Positions 25,101 through 34,970 of a DNA stretch of 34,970 bases are shown here, in pieces. Origin of the DNA: Hydrurus foetidus (taxonomy: Eukaryota); the NCBI GenBank assembly GCA_900617105.1, contig UYFQ01000456.1:1-34970 (forward strand). The letters run 5' to 3'. The notes beneath the pieces were generated by a model. It saw only the letters and a program-made list of their open reading frames with translations. It had not been told where the DNA came from and ran no database searches. Both the position numbers and the translations under genes were made by a program. The stretch's first letter is position 1. Every line of letters starts with the position of its first letter.

Positions 25101-26786
25101 ATGAGAAAAACGAGTTAAATTTGCTTGCCTTACTATTATAATCAATAATCGAGTCTGATGAAATACAAGCTAAGCTTACCTGGACTGTTGCTGTGCATAT
25201 CGATGGGGACGCCTCTGTCAAGCAGGGCGGTAACGTGAGAAAGAGGACCTTTCCATGCTGCCAAGTGCAGTGCTGACTTGCCCGATGGTGTGGTGCTAAT
25301 ATGTGGGGGATACACAGCAGCTAATTTATTGACATCTTAGGCAGATTATGTGTTGTTTCGCGAATGGTGAAGTGTTGTAACAAATTTGATGACGGTTTTC
25401 ACGTGATGAACGTGCTGTGCTGCACGTGTAGGCATAAAAAACAAACATAATCTAATAAATCTTAATGAATAAACAAGTGCAATTTTGTCATTCATGCAGT
25501 TTAAAGATAGGAGAGAGATGAAAGAACTACCTGCTGAGCTGTCCCGCAAATGAAGAAGGACTCGCATCGTACAGTGACAACATTTGGAAAAATGGATTAC
25601 TGTCCTGAAGCATCGAGAAATCCCTCAAAAGTTTTGCTGAAAATACTGGTAGACCTGCATTTGAGACAGCTGTTAGCCACCTTTCTTTTCGAATCGCTTT
25701 CATGGTTCCCACACTCGTACTCGCGCCTACTCCACTTTCCCCTTTAGGTCTCGGAACAGGAGGTTGGAATAGATAGGGTGAGCCATTGCTCTCATCTCTC
25801 CCTGTTGATAATTGTGATGATAATCTCTCTCTTCGGTTTTTTCTAGGAGGGTAGATCTGCTGCTCAGCTTTTTCAATGGCTTCAGAATCATTAACAGGAA
25901 CAGCAGAGGAATCACTCGTATTGATCACTGTTGCAGTACTGCTGATGTCCACAACTGCTGCAGAAGACAGTCTACAAAAATCAGCTACGGAAATAAACAG
26001 TTGCAATCCGACTTCTCCACCCCCTCCATAAATAAAGTTCTGCTCTAGATCTACTGAAGAAGATTCTGAGCTAAGAATACTCTTGTCAGCAATCGTCCTC
26101 ATTGGGTGCGCCAGTCCCACTGGAGGCACGTTACCCAGCTGAAAACCTGATATGCAGTAGAAATACAGTAAATACAATTCATCAGAATGTATCGCAATCA
26201 CATATAAGATCTCATGGTAATGAGAAATAGCGAGATTAAGGAAGTTAATATTCACTGTAGATTGCAGTACTTATTGGACTGCGGAAGAATGCTGATAAAG
26301 TGCTTTCAATCACTACCCAGATAATTGTTTCTACTTCATACCTCCTAGCTGCACTGCCCTCTCACGGCTCGCCAATGAAATATCCTCGATGGAGGCGCCA
26401 CAATGTTGAGCAAGAAGAGCTACATCCACTTGCTTCGCAATGTCTAAGACGATGAGCATCGGACATCCGTTGTATTCCCATATAAGAGATTTCACTTCAA
26501 CGCTATTCGGTACGGGGACCGCATCAAAAGGGACTAAGCTAGCACTGGTTTTCTTCACATCAACGAACGACTTCAGAATGTTCGGTTTACTGCCATACTC
26601 AGTGGACATCTGCAACCTTTGATTTCTGTTCAGATCAAATTTACGGAAGCGACTAAAACTGATGGATTTGACTGACACACATCTTCTCCGGGATAAAGCA
26701 GAGATGCTACTCAAGCTGACGTAAAAGAAGAAAGAAATCTTTATGAACGTAGAAACGACGCACTGCCCGCTTTTACATATCATCAC
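13150..26786 (-). CDS. ~23-exon, ~1,900-aa multidomain protein: presequence, YbaK/INS aminoacyl-tRNA deacylase, ankyrin repeats, OB fold, DEDDy 3'-5' exonuclease (RNase D/Mut-7/EXD3-like), DUF3427/PUA-like domain
   Basis: Manual splicing gives compatible phases at every junction. Approx exons: 26342-26786, 25531-26147, 25181-25295, 24792-24985, 24485-24609, 23413-23510, 22543-23157, 22009-22102, 21494-21809, 20703-21297, 19576-20024, 18754-18872, 18423-18572, 17832-17936, 17165-17401, 16847-17041, 16286-16389, 15449-15971, 15074-15141, 14504-14593, 14245-14313, 13772-14152, 13150-13180. Motifs: VKSL..GFQLGNVPPVG..YGGGG (YbaK); GKSALHLAAWKG, GKSALFFS, GQTPLSLA (ANK); VGVIISKRQIGKALVFANI..LQLVI..GQLVLVSG (OB); GLDCEW, EQDL, QCSPWHVRPLTADQVTYAALDA (ExoI-III). 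The last exon and one GC donor are less certain. Confidence 0.8.
17594..17743. mobile_element. Truncated MITE, same family as 19243-19420 (intronic)
   Basis: TCA|AGGAACGTGTTTAATTGCTGATCCACTTTTAAT..GACCCACCCCTATA. The right arm TATAGGGGTGGGTCCAGATTGAAAATG lacks its terminus. Confidence 0.8.
17990..18290. repeat. Intronic (GATGT)n/(GAGGT)n pentamer microsatellite patches
   Basis: GTGATGTGATGTGATG runs at ~17992-18030, 18142-18168 and 18250-18288. Confidence 0.8.
19118..19164. repeat. (TAAA)n microsatellite
   Basis: Direct inspection. Confidence 0.9.
19243..19420. mobile_element. Complete foldback MITE (178 bp, intronic), Harbinger/Tourist-like
   Basis: AGGAACGTGTTCAATTGCTGATCCACTTT... / ...AAAGTGGATCAGCAATTAAACATGTTCCT, arms ~80 bp, flanked by TCA and TGA. 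Confidence 0.9.
20195..20558. repeat. 28-bp minisatellite, ~13 copies (CATAAAAGAAAGTACATAAACATACATA), intronic
   Basis: Exact 28-bp period from 20195 to 20531+, preceded by a (TAAA/CAAA/CATA)n microsatellite from ~20125. Confidence 0.95.
24227..24419. mobile_element. Foldback MITE (193 bp, intronic), termini related to the 19243 family
   Basis: AGGGTCGTGTTTAATTTATTCATT / AATGAATAAATTAAACACGACCCT, inner arms CCCCCACACAACAACAC / GTGTTGTTGTGTGGGGG, followed by TGA. Confidence 0.88.
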
Positions 26787-27580
26787 AGCAGTATGGAGAT
26801 GCTGCAGATTCGACGACCTCAGAACTTGAGATCACGCTGTTCCACAGTTTAACTTCAGAGCATTGTGCTACTGTGGAGCAGTTTACGAACCCTTGCATGA
26901 GCAACATACGTAGACTAACTCGAAGTGTCTGCGTAAGAATCATTCCGACCTTCATTCCGAGAGAATCCCTTTGGGGATGCTATGAAATGAAAATTTTGTG
27001 TACTACGGTACCATACTGTGTGTACTCCGTACTTGAACTTCGTATGCGATGTGTAGTAGAGGTGTTCTGTCTTAGACTGCGTATCATCTGCATCAGCTAC
27101 TCAAGATTTCAGTGCCGAAAGTTATCAACTAAAAAACTCAGTAGTCTTCATACTGTATAGTATGTTACCATTCTTACAAAAATATACAAAAAAATAAAAG
27201 AAGCAAAAAAAGAAAAATTCTATGTCATGCATACAACTCAATTTGAGCCAAATGCTTTGAACTGATTAAGCTTTCAATCTCATTATTATGCATTGGAATA
27301 ATTTTGAAACGATGATTACAATGGCAATATCTAGACAATAAGGTGAGCTTCAAGAATATTACACCACATTGAAGTAGTTGATTCATGACAAATGGATGAT
27401 ATGTGGGAACTTAGGATTCGTTGAAGTGACTCACATCAATTCATGGAAGAGACGCATTGATCTGCCAGATTAGTTTCGGGCTGAGAAGGTACGGTTAAAG
27501 AAATGAAATATGACGACAAAATAAGGTAGAGAAGAAGGTTATCAAAATCACTCTTTGTCAAGAATCATCGACTAAAAGTT

Positions 27581-29649
27581 CTACGCTGTTTGGGTTAGTC
27601 TTTCATCTTCACCTTCTACATTATCTCTCGTGGTATTACCAACTGTAGAGCCCTTATTTTTCTTGCTGATGAATAGTTTATCAAGCAAAGAAAAGTCATT
27701 GCTGATTTTCATTTGGTCCATAGCATGACTGATTTCATGTTTTCTCGTCAAAGTCATTTTAACTTCGTCCTTATGCTTGCACAAAATCTCATGCCGCTGC
27801 CTCTGTATATTGTCATATCGGTTTTCAGCGTCTTCAATCCGCTTAAGAGTTTGCAGTCTATGAAATTCATTCATACGGGCTACACGCTCAACATTTTCAA
27901 TTTTATCGTGGATCCGCATATCTAAAAATGGAGAGTACAGAATTTAGTACGAATTTAACCCGTATCTGGATCATAAACACTAATTTGCAAGTTTTCGATT
28001 AAGGTCAGTAGAGCATTTTGGAAATAATCGTAGAAGATAAGAAATAGTCATACCTGACGCAAACTTTAGCATTGCTTGATGGGCGTCTCTCTCTGACTGA
28101 ACTCTCTCGTACGTCTTATCTTTCTCCAGCCTTCGGTCTACAATGTCTTTTCGATGGCCGGACCGGGTTTTATAAGCATCTAAGAGTCTGCTGAGCCGTT
28201 GTTTGTTTTTTCTATCTCTGTCATCACCTAGTTTTTTTTGTTTCAATTTCTCTCCACTCATCACTTCCCCTGCACGCATTCCCGCTTCCTTCTGCCTCTC
28301 GAAGAACTTGATCTTTCTATCTTCGTGAAGAATATGGTGTCTCTCAAGAGCTTCTCCGATGCGCTTGGTGGCTTTCTCTTTTTCATTGCGCACCTCTTCT
28401 CTTTTTGTTTCACGTTTCTCTTGGAGCTGATTCTGCACTCTAGATTCTCGCTCCAGCAATTTCAGTCTATGAAAACAGTTTTCATTCGTCAGCAAAGCAA
28501 AGCTGCATAAAAAAATGTCATGCAGTGACTAACAATTGTGTTACCTGTTTATCGCTGCTTGTTCTATTTGCCCCTGTATTAGAATATCTGTTTTTCTACG
28601 AGATTCTTCTATTTTGCTATTTCGCTCCTCATCTCGCTGACGTATCTGATTAATAAATAAATATAGAATTAGCCAAGATGTCAGGTTTACTATCTGATAA
28701 ATTACAAAAACCGAGCACGCAATACCTCTCTGATAGACTTCTTCTCTGCCTCAATAGCAGTGTTCTTCATTTTTTGGTCGAAATCCTGATCTTTCCTCGC
28801 TAGATCTTTTTTCTTCATTGTCTCTTCTTTATCCAATCGATCTAATTCTTGCATTCTCGATATGTTTTTTCTAGTCGCTAGAGCTTTCTGATCAGCGACC
28901 TTCTTTTCATGAGCTTTCCTCTTCAGGACGTCTTCGTCCTCGACTCTCTTAATTTTCATCTGAAGTGTTGCCATGATTTGCTCCCTTTCAACAATCTTCG
29001 AAAGCTCTTTCTCTTGCCGTCTCTTCAAAGCCTCTATGCGACGCTCCTCCTGCAATTTTGAGATTATGTTGGAGTGTCATTGCATGGGGTGCGTTCGACA
29101 TCCAAACACAGAATCTAGTGTGCTGGTCTTCCTTCGGAGACATTTGAAATCAATCATAAAACAAACGCAAACTTCTTTCTAGGTACCATATCGAGTAGCG
29201 TTGATTCTTTTTGAGTGCCCTCCCTGATGTTCACAATATTATTGTTTGGGGTTTGCGGTGGACTCGACAAATTCATCATTTGATTATGCCTTTCGGCGTA
29301 TTGAATGATCGAATTTCGTTCCACTTTGACGATCGCTACTTTTTCTGTTCACACGATCCAACAGAAAATAACGGTGACTAAACATCAGGTGCTTCATGGA
29401 AAAACTGGCGTTTTCGTCGTTGAAATTTCACGGGACCTGCTTACCTTGCCGCTTTTTCTCATAATTCTCGTGTTTGATCTCGATCATAACTTTCGTAAGT
29501 TTCTTTGACGCAAATCTCTCGTACGCTTTCGGGAACAACTCAGATGGATCAAGCCCTGATCTGAGACATGATTCCAAGCTACGTGGACTGTTGATTTCGC
29601 GTGCTGTTTCCCCATCCTCAAAGTTTTCGACAGAGATGAGAACATCCAT
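27581..29649 (-). CDS. Multi-exon coiled-coil protein with a CCDC177-like N-terminal motif (possibly flagellar/cytoskeletal)
   Basis: MDVLISVENFED..INSPRSLESCLRSGLDPSEL resembles the SPRSLEAC..PxEL motif of CCDC177/CCDC185-like proteins. E/K/R-rich exons at approx 29445-29649, 29186-29345, 28726-29050, 28546-28646, 28053-28469 and 27581-27921. Confidence 0.75.
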
Positions 29650-29988
29650 CACGTAAGAAAATGAACTGTTTAATTCCCGCGAGCTAAAATCGCTGTTGAG
29701 CGATTGCAAGGCTCCTTTGATGTTTCAGACATCAAGAAGACATCGTTTTGATGTTTCTGTTATGGCAGATAACTTCTTCTACGGTGCCAATTCCAAAAAA
29801 TTCACAGCACTTGCTGCTCTGGCTCGGCTCTCGACTCTCGACTCTCGACTCTCTCGTCGTGCGCGTGGGCGAAACGGTCGAGAAATGATATTGTTGGAGT
29901 GCCGTATACAGCATACAGTATACTAGGCTATTATTTGTAGTGCGTGCAAATTTCTGCCGTATGGAACTGGTACCGTCCTGGTACCATT

Positions 29989-30606
29989 GATGCCACGCGT
30001 TCCCTCAGCGGGTTCCCAATTTTTGACCATATTATCTAGGCTGAAACATAGAACATATCACATATTATCCTTCCGCTTGCATCTATCACAATTTCTGGGA
30101 GGTACTCCATCTCAGCAAGGACGCTCTTCATTCATCCAATAGCACCTCCTCCTTCCACCCAAACGCATACAAGATGCCAATCAACAACATACACGGAATC
30201 CTGAGATTTACTTGCACTGAGTACTAATGGACTCGTATCTGCAATGCGTGCACGCCTGTCCGACCATAAGAACGATATGATGGAGGACGGCATATTCGTT
30301 TATGGCACACTATCAGCCGTCAAGAAAGCTGAGCTGTTTGAAGATTTCGAGACGAAGCATTCTCGAGAGGTAAGAATAAAGAGACTTCTACTTGGCTGAT
30401 ATGCGTGACTACAGAGCTCTATTGTGAGTCAGACTCAGGAGTGAAGCTAGCTACCTGTTGGCTGCGGAAGCGCAAAGGAAAGACTGGCTGATGGAAGTGG
30501 TCTCGGAAGACGTGTTTACTTACAACGATCAAGTAGTAAAACAACTGGCGATGATATCAGAGAAGACAACCATCAAAGAAGCAAAGCAAAGCATCCAGTG
30601 TGCATG
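29989..30606 (+). pseudogene. Possible coding fragment(s) of unknown identity, cut by the Copia LTR
   Basis: Protein-like stretches LSTNGLVSAMRARLSDHK..FETKHSRE(GTAAG) and RLRSEASYLLAAEAQRKDWLMEVV..KQSIQ end at the proposed LTR boundary. The frames do not join cleanly. Confidence 0.25.
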
Positions 30607-30930
30607 AAATGATGATCGCCGAAATGCGAATATACTTAGCGAATAGTCAAGTTGGCGATTGAGCAATGGGCGGAACCCTCGCTGCTCATGAAATCGGATG
30701 CTTGGTGAAAACCGGATACCTGGTGGAAAGCCCGATGCTTGGTGGTGAAAAACCGGATGCTTGGTGATGGCCCCGAAGGGGGATATCGCTAGAAGAACGA
30801 TGAGCGTATGTACACAACAGTGTATGGCGGTGTTTTGGGTGAGGAAGCGCTACACTACTTGTGACATGTGAATGCTAATCTACAGATGAAACTATGCTAA
30901 CAGATCATGCATGAATATGCTGGACTGACA
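30599..30930 (-). repeat. Probable 3' LTR of the Copia element
   Basis: On the minus strand a purine tract TACGGGGAG is immediately followed by TGTCAG (30930). Candidate ...GCACA end at 30599 (uncertain because there is no second LTR to compare). Contains four imperfect CGGATGCTTGGTG repeats (30696-30767). Confidence 0.55.
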
Positions 30931-31138
30931 CTCCCCGTAGTGAAGATGTAGTTGAACGTGTTATTGAGAGTTATCGAAATGAACGGTATGTGTATATATA
31001 CTCCCCGTACTGACGATGTACTCCCCGTAGGGGAGATTTGGCAAAAAGTGTAAAAAATTAGTTATAATATATGCTTGCAATCATATAAGGTAGTAAAATT
31101 AGTACGTATGTTATTGATATGGATATTAAGTATTTGTG

Positions 31139-33952
31139 TTATTTAATATTATTTCGTAAAGACTTGTCAACGAGCCTGTGCGTTAGGTATTCGAAAAGTG
31201 GTAGTGGAACTCTTTTCGTACCTATGTCTGAGTTGTTTTCGCCCGAAGGGATTTTAACAATGACACAGGTACCATCGGCGACTTTGTCCTTAAAGTAGTT
31301 TTCGCTCAGGTCAATGTGACGAAGGTTCTTGGTCATGTGTGTATGATTTGAAGCGTCAACACAAGCAGAATTGTCTTCTTCAATGACTGTAGGAGCTTGT
31401 GTCCATCCCATGTGGTTTAGTATGCCCCGTAGGGGAATGACATCGGATTTTAGTGCATGGTTAACTGTCTTGATCTCGGATTCTGCAGTTGAAGATGAGA
31501 TGCTTCCTCGGTCGGTACTCTTCCAGCAGATGACATGGTCGGCGATGTAGCCAATGTAGGAGGTCTGGGAGTGACGGTTGTCTTTGTTACCGGCGAGGTC
31601 GGCGTCGCATTGGAACTTCAACTGCAGTAGACTGGTCATCGTAGCGATGTCGGTGGGACAGTCGTGTGTGGTGAATTTGAGTCTATCCATCTTGGCGTAT
31701 TTGACATATCGAAGTAGGTGCTTGAGGAACTTGAAGTGTCTTGCACCTGGACTGTTACTATATCTGGATAGTATGTTGAGAGCGTATATGATTGTAATCA
31801 ATGTGTGGACCATACTGTACAGAAGCTGACCAACTACCCGTCGGTAGGGATACTTATTATACATGTGCCTATCGAGATCGGTAGAGTTGTCCGCCTTGGA
31901 CAGACTCTCACCAGAAGGTGGATATGGTAGATGCTCATCGGCGGCGCCAGCAAGATTGGCCTCCGATACGATGGATGTGATCATGCGTGACTGATCCATG
32001 TAGTAGTTGAAGTTTGCATCGCATGTAATGCGGATGCCGACGAACTCTTTGAAGGTCGCGTCGGTGACTTCATACTTGTGGGAGTTGAATGTAGCGATGA
32101 GGAGATCCCATTCGCTAATGAGTGCAAGTGGTCCGAACCATCTGAAGTCGTCTGAGTGTGCTATCAGTATCAGTGGTTGACCTTGGACCCACTTAAAGAA
32201 GAACTTTAAGTCCCACGGTGTGTTTTCGTATCCACATTCGCGTACACATTTGTCGAATTCCTTTGAGAAATTCTGGCCTGCTGGTGGAAATCCGTAGAGG
32301 TTGCCAATGGCTTGAAAGCATGTGCCAAAAGGTGTGGTGTAACCTTGAGGTGTCTTGATGTGAACGGGAAAGTCGGGGTTAGCGAGTGTGATTAAGTAGG
32401 CGCCTACTAAATCTCCTCCCCGCATGGATAATTTGTAGGTTGCGGCTATGACGAGTGCAATTTTGATCGAAGACGCATTGACATTACCGCAGTATACTGC
32501 GTAGGGGTCGAAGTCGACCCAGGGTATCATGAGATCACCACGACCTACGAGGCGGGCCTTCTTGGTGCCGTCAGTCTTGATACTGAAGAGCCACATCATT
32601 GGTACGAGGTGCTGGCCGGTGAAGGGGACAGACCGGAAGCAGTTGTTGACTTCAAACTTAGTTCGCTCAGTGTTGATGGCTTGTTCCCACTCTGGGTACT
32701 GCATTGCGGTCCAGAAGTCTTTGGGGATGTAGGGATCCTTGATTTGGACTGCTATGTTGTAGTGCAGGACACGGAAGAGGTGAACAGGGAAGCATGTGGA
32801 AGAACTGGTGTATATCATGTCATCGTTGACTGAGTGCTCTGTCTCAGGGACAGGGGTTATATAGTCGGGGTCGATAAGGGGTGCAGGTGAGGGGAGGCCG
32901 GGTAGGTCGACTCGCTCAGGCACCACAATAGGGTCATTATTATTATCAGTATAGTAGAGGGACGGGATGAGGGCGAAGGCCTCGTCGGTAGGGAAGTGTG
33001 CATCTGAGTCATGCTTGAAGTTGTTGTGCATGTCGAAGATGACATCCTTACTGACTCGAACAGTACCGTAGGTGTTCTTGGGTAGTATTTCTAATACTAA
33101 ATATTGTGGTATTAGTATAGATGTAAAACTATAACCAACGAACCGAGCACGGTATGCACGAGGTGACCCAACTTTACTTTTCTGATCTTTGGGTGCGTGC
33201 TTGACATAGCAGGGTGCCCAGAATGGTCGAAGCATCCTGATGTCCACGTGTTGCCCAGAAGTGAAGTGATACGGAGAAGTACCAATACGCTTGTTAAGGT
33301 TAAAGGAATGAGTAACACATGCATAGGACATTGCAAGGTCCCAGAACTTCATTGGCACATGCGGAACAGGGGTTATCATGGCAACGTTTGTCTTGAGAGC
33401 TACAATGCCGACTGCTCGCTCAGCGATGCCGTTGGCATGTTTGTCACGAGGTGCAGTGTGCTCAAGTCGGTATCGGTATCGGGCGCAAAGCGCAGTAAAT
33501 TCTTCAGATCGGTAGTTGGCCTCTGGGTCATGCCGGATAAAGCGATCAACCCCAGGGGTATTGTGGTTCCATTGGGGGGTTAGGTCGAAGAAGGCTGCAA
33601 TACGGGCACAGAGTTCAGGGGTGGACCGGTCTTTTGTATATACAGGATAGTATTGTCCCGACGCGAGGTCGGTGAGGATGTGTGCGCAACGGTAGTTACG
33701 GAATGATGGAGTCGAGTGGGTATAGGCATCCAAGGAGAACTGCTGGCCGACGAGGGTAGCTGTGTCTCTGTAGATGCGACGATAGTCTGTGGATGCTTGA
33801 CGCATAGCGCCATGGGCACATCCAGGACAGACCAGACGGGAGGTGTGTGCATCTTTGGTGGTGAAGCGAGCATTGAGGGAATGATCGCGGTGCCATGCCA
33901 TGCCTGGAAGACCGGGGTGGCCTGTGGCTTGATGCACGTGGTCGTACAGTGA
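31139..33952 (-). CDS. pol: Copia Pol fragment: GAG-pre-integrase/HHCC, integrase core, RVT_2 reverse transcriptase, RNase H; open but 5'-interrupted
   Basis: HQATGH..CPGC; FSLDAY, IRHDPEANY, ANGIAERAV (DDE); KARLVGRG, GDLVGAYL, LYGFPPAG, HSDD (RT); DADLAG, SSSTAESE, EDNSAC, RHID, NNSDIGTK (RNase H). Confidence 0.92.
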   Translation of the reverse strand, partial: SLYDHVHQATGHPGLPGMAWHRDHSLNARFTTKDAHTSRLVCPGCAHGAMRQASTDYRRIYRDTATLVGQQFSLDAYTHSTPSFRNYRCAHILTDLASGQYYPVYTKDRSTPELCARIAAFFDLTPQWNHNTPGVDRFIRHDPEANYRSEEFTALCARYRYRLEHTAPRDKHANGIAERAVGIVALKTNVAMITPVPHVPMKFWDLAMSYACVTHSFNLNKRIGTSPYHFTSGQHVDIRMLRPFWAPCYVKHAPKDQKSKVGSPRAYRARFVGYSFTSILIPQYLVLEILPKNTYGTVRVSKDVIFDMHNNFKHDSDAHFPTDEAFALIPSLYYTDNNNDPIVVPERVDLPGLPSPAPLIDPDYITPVPETEHSVNDDMIYTSSSTCFPVHLFRVLHYNIAVQIKDPYIPKDFWTAMQYPEWEQAINTERTKFEVNNCFRSVPFTGQHLVPMMWLFSIKTDGTKKARLVGRGDLMIPWVDFDPYAVYCGNVNASSIKIALVIAATYKLSMRGGDLVGAYLITLANPDFPVHIKTPQGYTTPFGTCFQAIGNLYGFPPAGQNFSKEFDKCVRECGYENTPWDLKFFFKWVQGQPLILIAHSDDFRWFGPLALISEWDLLIATFNSHKYEVTDATFKEFVGIRITCDANFNYYMDQSRMITSIVSEANLAGAADEHLPYPPSGESLSKADNSTDLDRHMYNKYPYRRVVGQLLYSMVHTLITIIYALNILSRYSNSPGARHFKFLKHLLRYVKYAKMDRLKFTTHDCPTDIATMTSLLQLKFQCDADLAGNKDNRHSQTSYIGYIADHVICWKSTDRGSISSSTAESEIKTVNHALKSDVIPLRGILNHMGWTQAPTVIEEDNSACVDASNHTHMTKNLRHIDLSENYFKDKVADGTCVIVKIPSGENNSDIGTKRVPLPLFEYLTHRLVDKSLRNNIK

Positions 33953-34970
33953 GGCTGTTCCTAACGTGACCCGAGCACGGAAAATCCGGAGCACCGAAGC
34001 AAACTTGATCCGGTTACAAAATGCGCCGGCAGGCCTCGTCACCAATTTTTGATGATGAAAAGTGTCGACCGGAGCACTGAAGTACTGGAGCACAGCACAT
34101 AACAATCACATCACAGCATCACCACAGCACATACTCTGAACTCTGATATAAATTATTCCAACGAGAAACTGCTGCAATGGATTTTCCTGCCATCAACGAA
34201 GATTATGTCACTGATTGGATAGCCTCCGAGGACGGAATGATCTTCTGTTCAAAACTTCTGAAACGCCCTGAACAAACAGCACCGAAAACCAAACGAGCAA
34301 AAAGAGTGCGACGAGAGGAGTTCATTGGCATCGATTACACCAAAACCTCTTGGGGTCTCATCATTCGAAATCCATTAGTCCGATTCCCCGATAATAGATA
34401 CGGGAGGCAATTTCGCAGACGATTTCGTGTTCCATTTCAGCTATACGAAATCCTCGTTCAAATCTGCGTGGACAAGAATGTGTTTGGCATCAAGCAACCT
34501 AGTCGAACAAAAATACCGATTGAAATAAAGCTACTGTGCTGTTTGAGAATTTTAGGTCGAGATGACTGTTGTGATGCAATCGAAGAAATGTCAGATGTAC
34601 CAGAGAAAACAGTGTGGTGGTTCTTCAAGATCTTTCTGATCAACTTCCCAGCAGCTCTCTCTAAAGATGTGATTCGAGTCCCAAGGGAAGGAGTAGAACT
34701 GCAGAGCGTAATGAAGGTGTACCAAAAAATGGGATTCCCTGGCGCTGTAGGAAGTGTGGATGCGACTCACATCCGTTGGCACCAGTGTCCAGTTGAATTT
34801 GTTCATGCAGCCACCGGGAAAGAGAAATACCCCTCAGTCGCATTTCAGGTGACATACAGTGGAGTTTTATGCATGAAGTCACATGTGTTCCGACTTAATC
34901 TACAAATTCCAACAACTTACAGTGCGTCGTGGATCACTCTAAAAAAATCCTGCATGTCACCCGTGGATTC
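33953..34970 (+). mobile_element. Third PIF/Harbinger element (left end), inserted in Copia pol
   Basis: TGA|GGCTGTTCCTAAC terminus resembles the GGCCAATCCTTAAC TIR. Subterminal CCGGAGCACYGAAG repeats (~33986, ~34069). Copia similarity stops at this point. Confidence 0.8.
34177..34970 (+). CDS. Harbinger DDE transposase, N-terminal part with one intron (34849-34922); runs off the window; absent from the ORF track
   Basis: MDFPAINED..WG..FRRRFRVPF..IEIKLLCCLRILGR..MGFPGAVGSVDATHIRW..GKEKYPSVAFQ|CVVDHSKKILHVTRGF is colinear with the 4957-6387 transposase. Confidence 0.9.
   Translation, partial: MDFPAINEDYVTDWIASEDGMIFCSKLLKRPEQTAPKTKRAKRVRREEFIGIDYTKTSWGLIIRNPLVRFPDNRYGRQFRRRFRVPFQLYEILVQICVDKNVFGIKQPSRTKIPIEIKLLCCLRILGRDDCCDAIEEMSDVPEKTVWWFFKIFLINFPAALSKDVIRVPREGVELQSVMKVYQKMGFPGAVGSVDATHIRWHQCPVEFVHAATGKEKYPSVAFQVTYSGVLCMKSHVFRLNLQIPTTYSASWITLKKSCMSPVD

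Larger units (their letters stand above)
30599..33952 (-). mobile_element. Ty1/Copia LTR retrotransposon, 3' part (interrupted by a Harbinger at 33953)
   Basis: Domain order integrase, RT, RNase H, PPT, LTR is diagnostic of Copia. Confidence 0.9.

Noticed and set aside
33953..34105. First ~51 aa of the 988-aa ORF as the Copia N-terminus
   Set aside because: This is the antisense read-through of the inserted Harbinger terminus; Copia similarity begins at about LYDHVHQATGH.
1..34970. Prokaryotic operon or defence-island interpretation; tRNA/rRNA genes
   Set aside because: Spliceosomal introns and eukaryotic TEs occur throughout, and no tRNA cloverleaf or rRNA signature was recognised by eye.

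Overview
Eukaryotic, intron-rich genomic DNA; an ochrophyte/stramenopile alga is inferred from a bipartite-looking N-terminal presequence and the TE content. The left end (1-8673) is a nested transposon pile. A PIF/Harbinger element (intact DDE transposase plus a decayed partner gene) is interrupted by a decayed retroelement 5' end with a hairpin-rich tandem repeat, a foldback MITE and a second, non-autonomous Harbinger. The centre holds three minus-strand host genes: an ankyrin-repeat protein, a CCDC177-like coiled-coil protein, and a ~23-exon, ~1,900-aa gene reconstructed by hand with consistent splice phases. That gene fuses a YbaK/INS tRNA-deacylase domain, ankyrin repeats, an anticodon-binding-type OB fold, a DEDDy (RNase D/Mut-7-like) 3'-5' exonuclease and a DUF3427/PUA-like domain behind a probable plastid-targeting peptide. 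It is the best candidate for an undescribed system (organellar tRNA surveillance). The right end has a Ty1/Copia pol and 3' LTR interrupted by a third Harbinger whose transposase contains an intron. All domain calls are by motif recognition only, and exon coordinates are approximate to a few bases.
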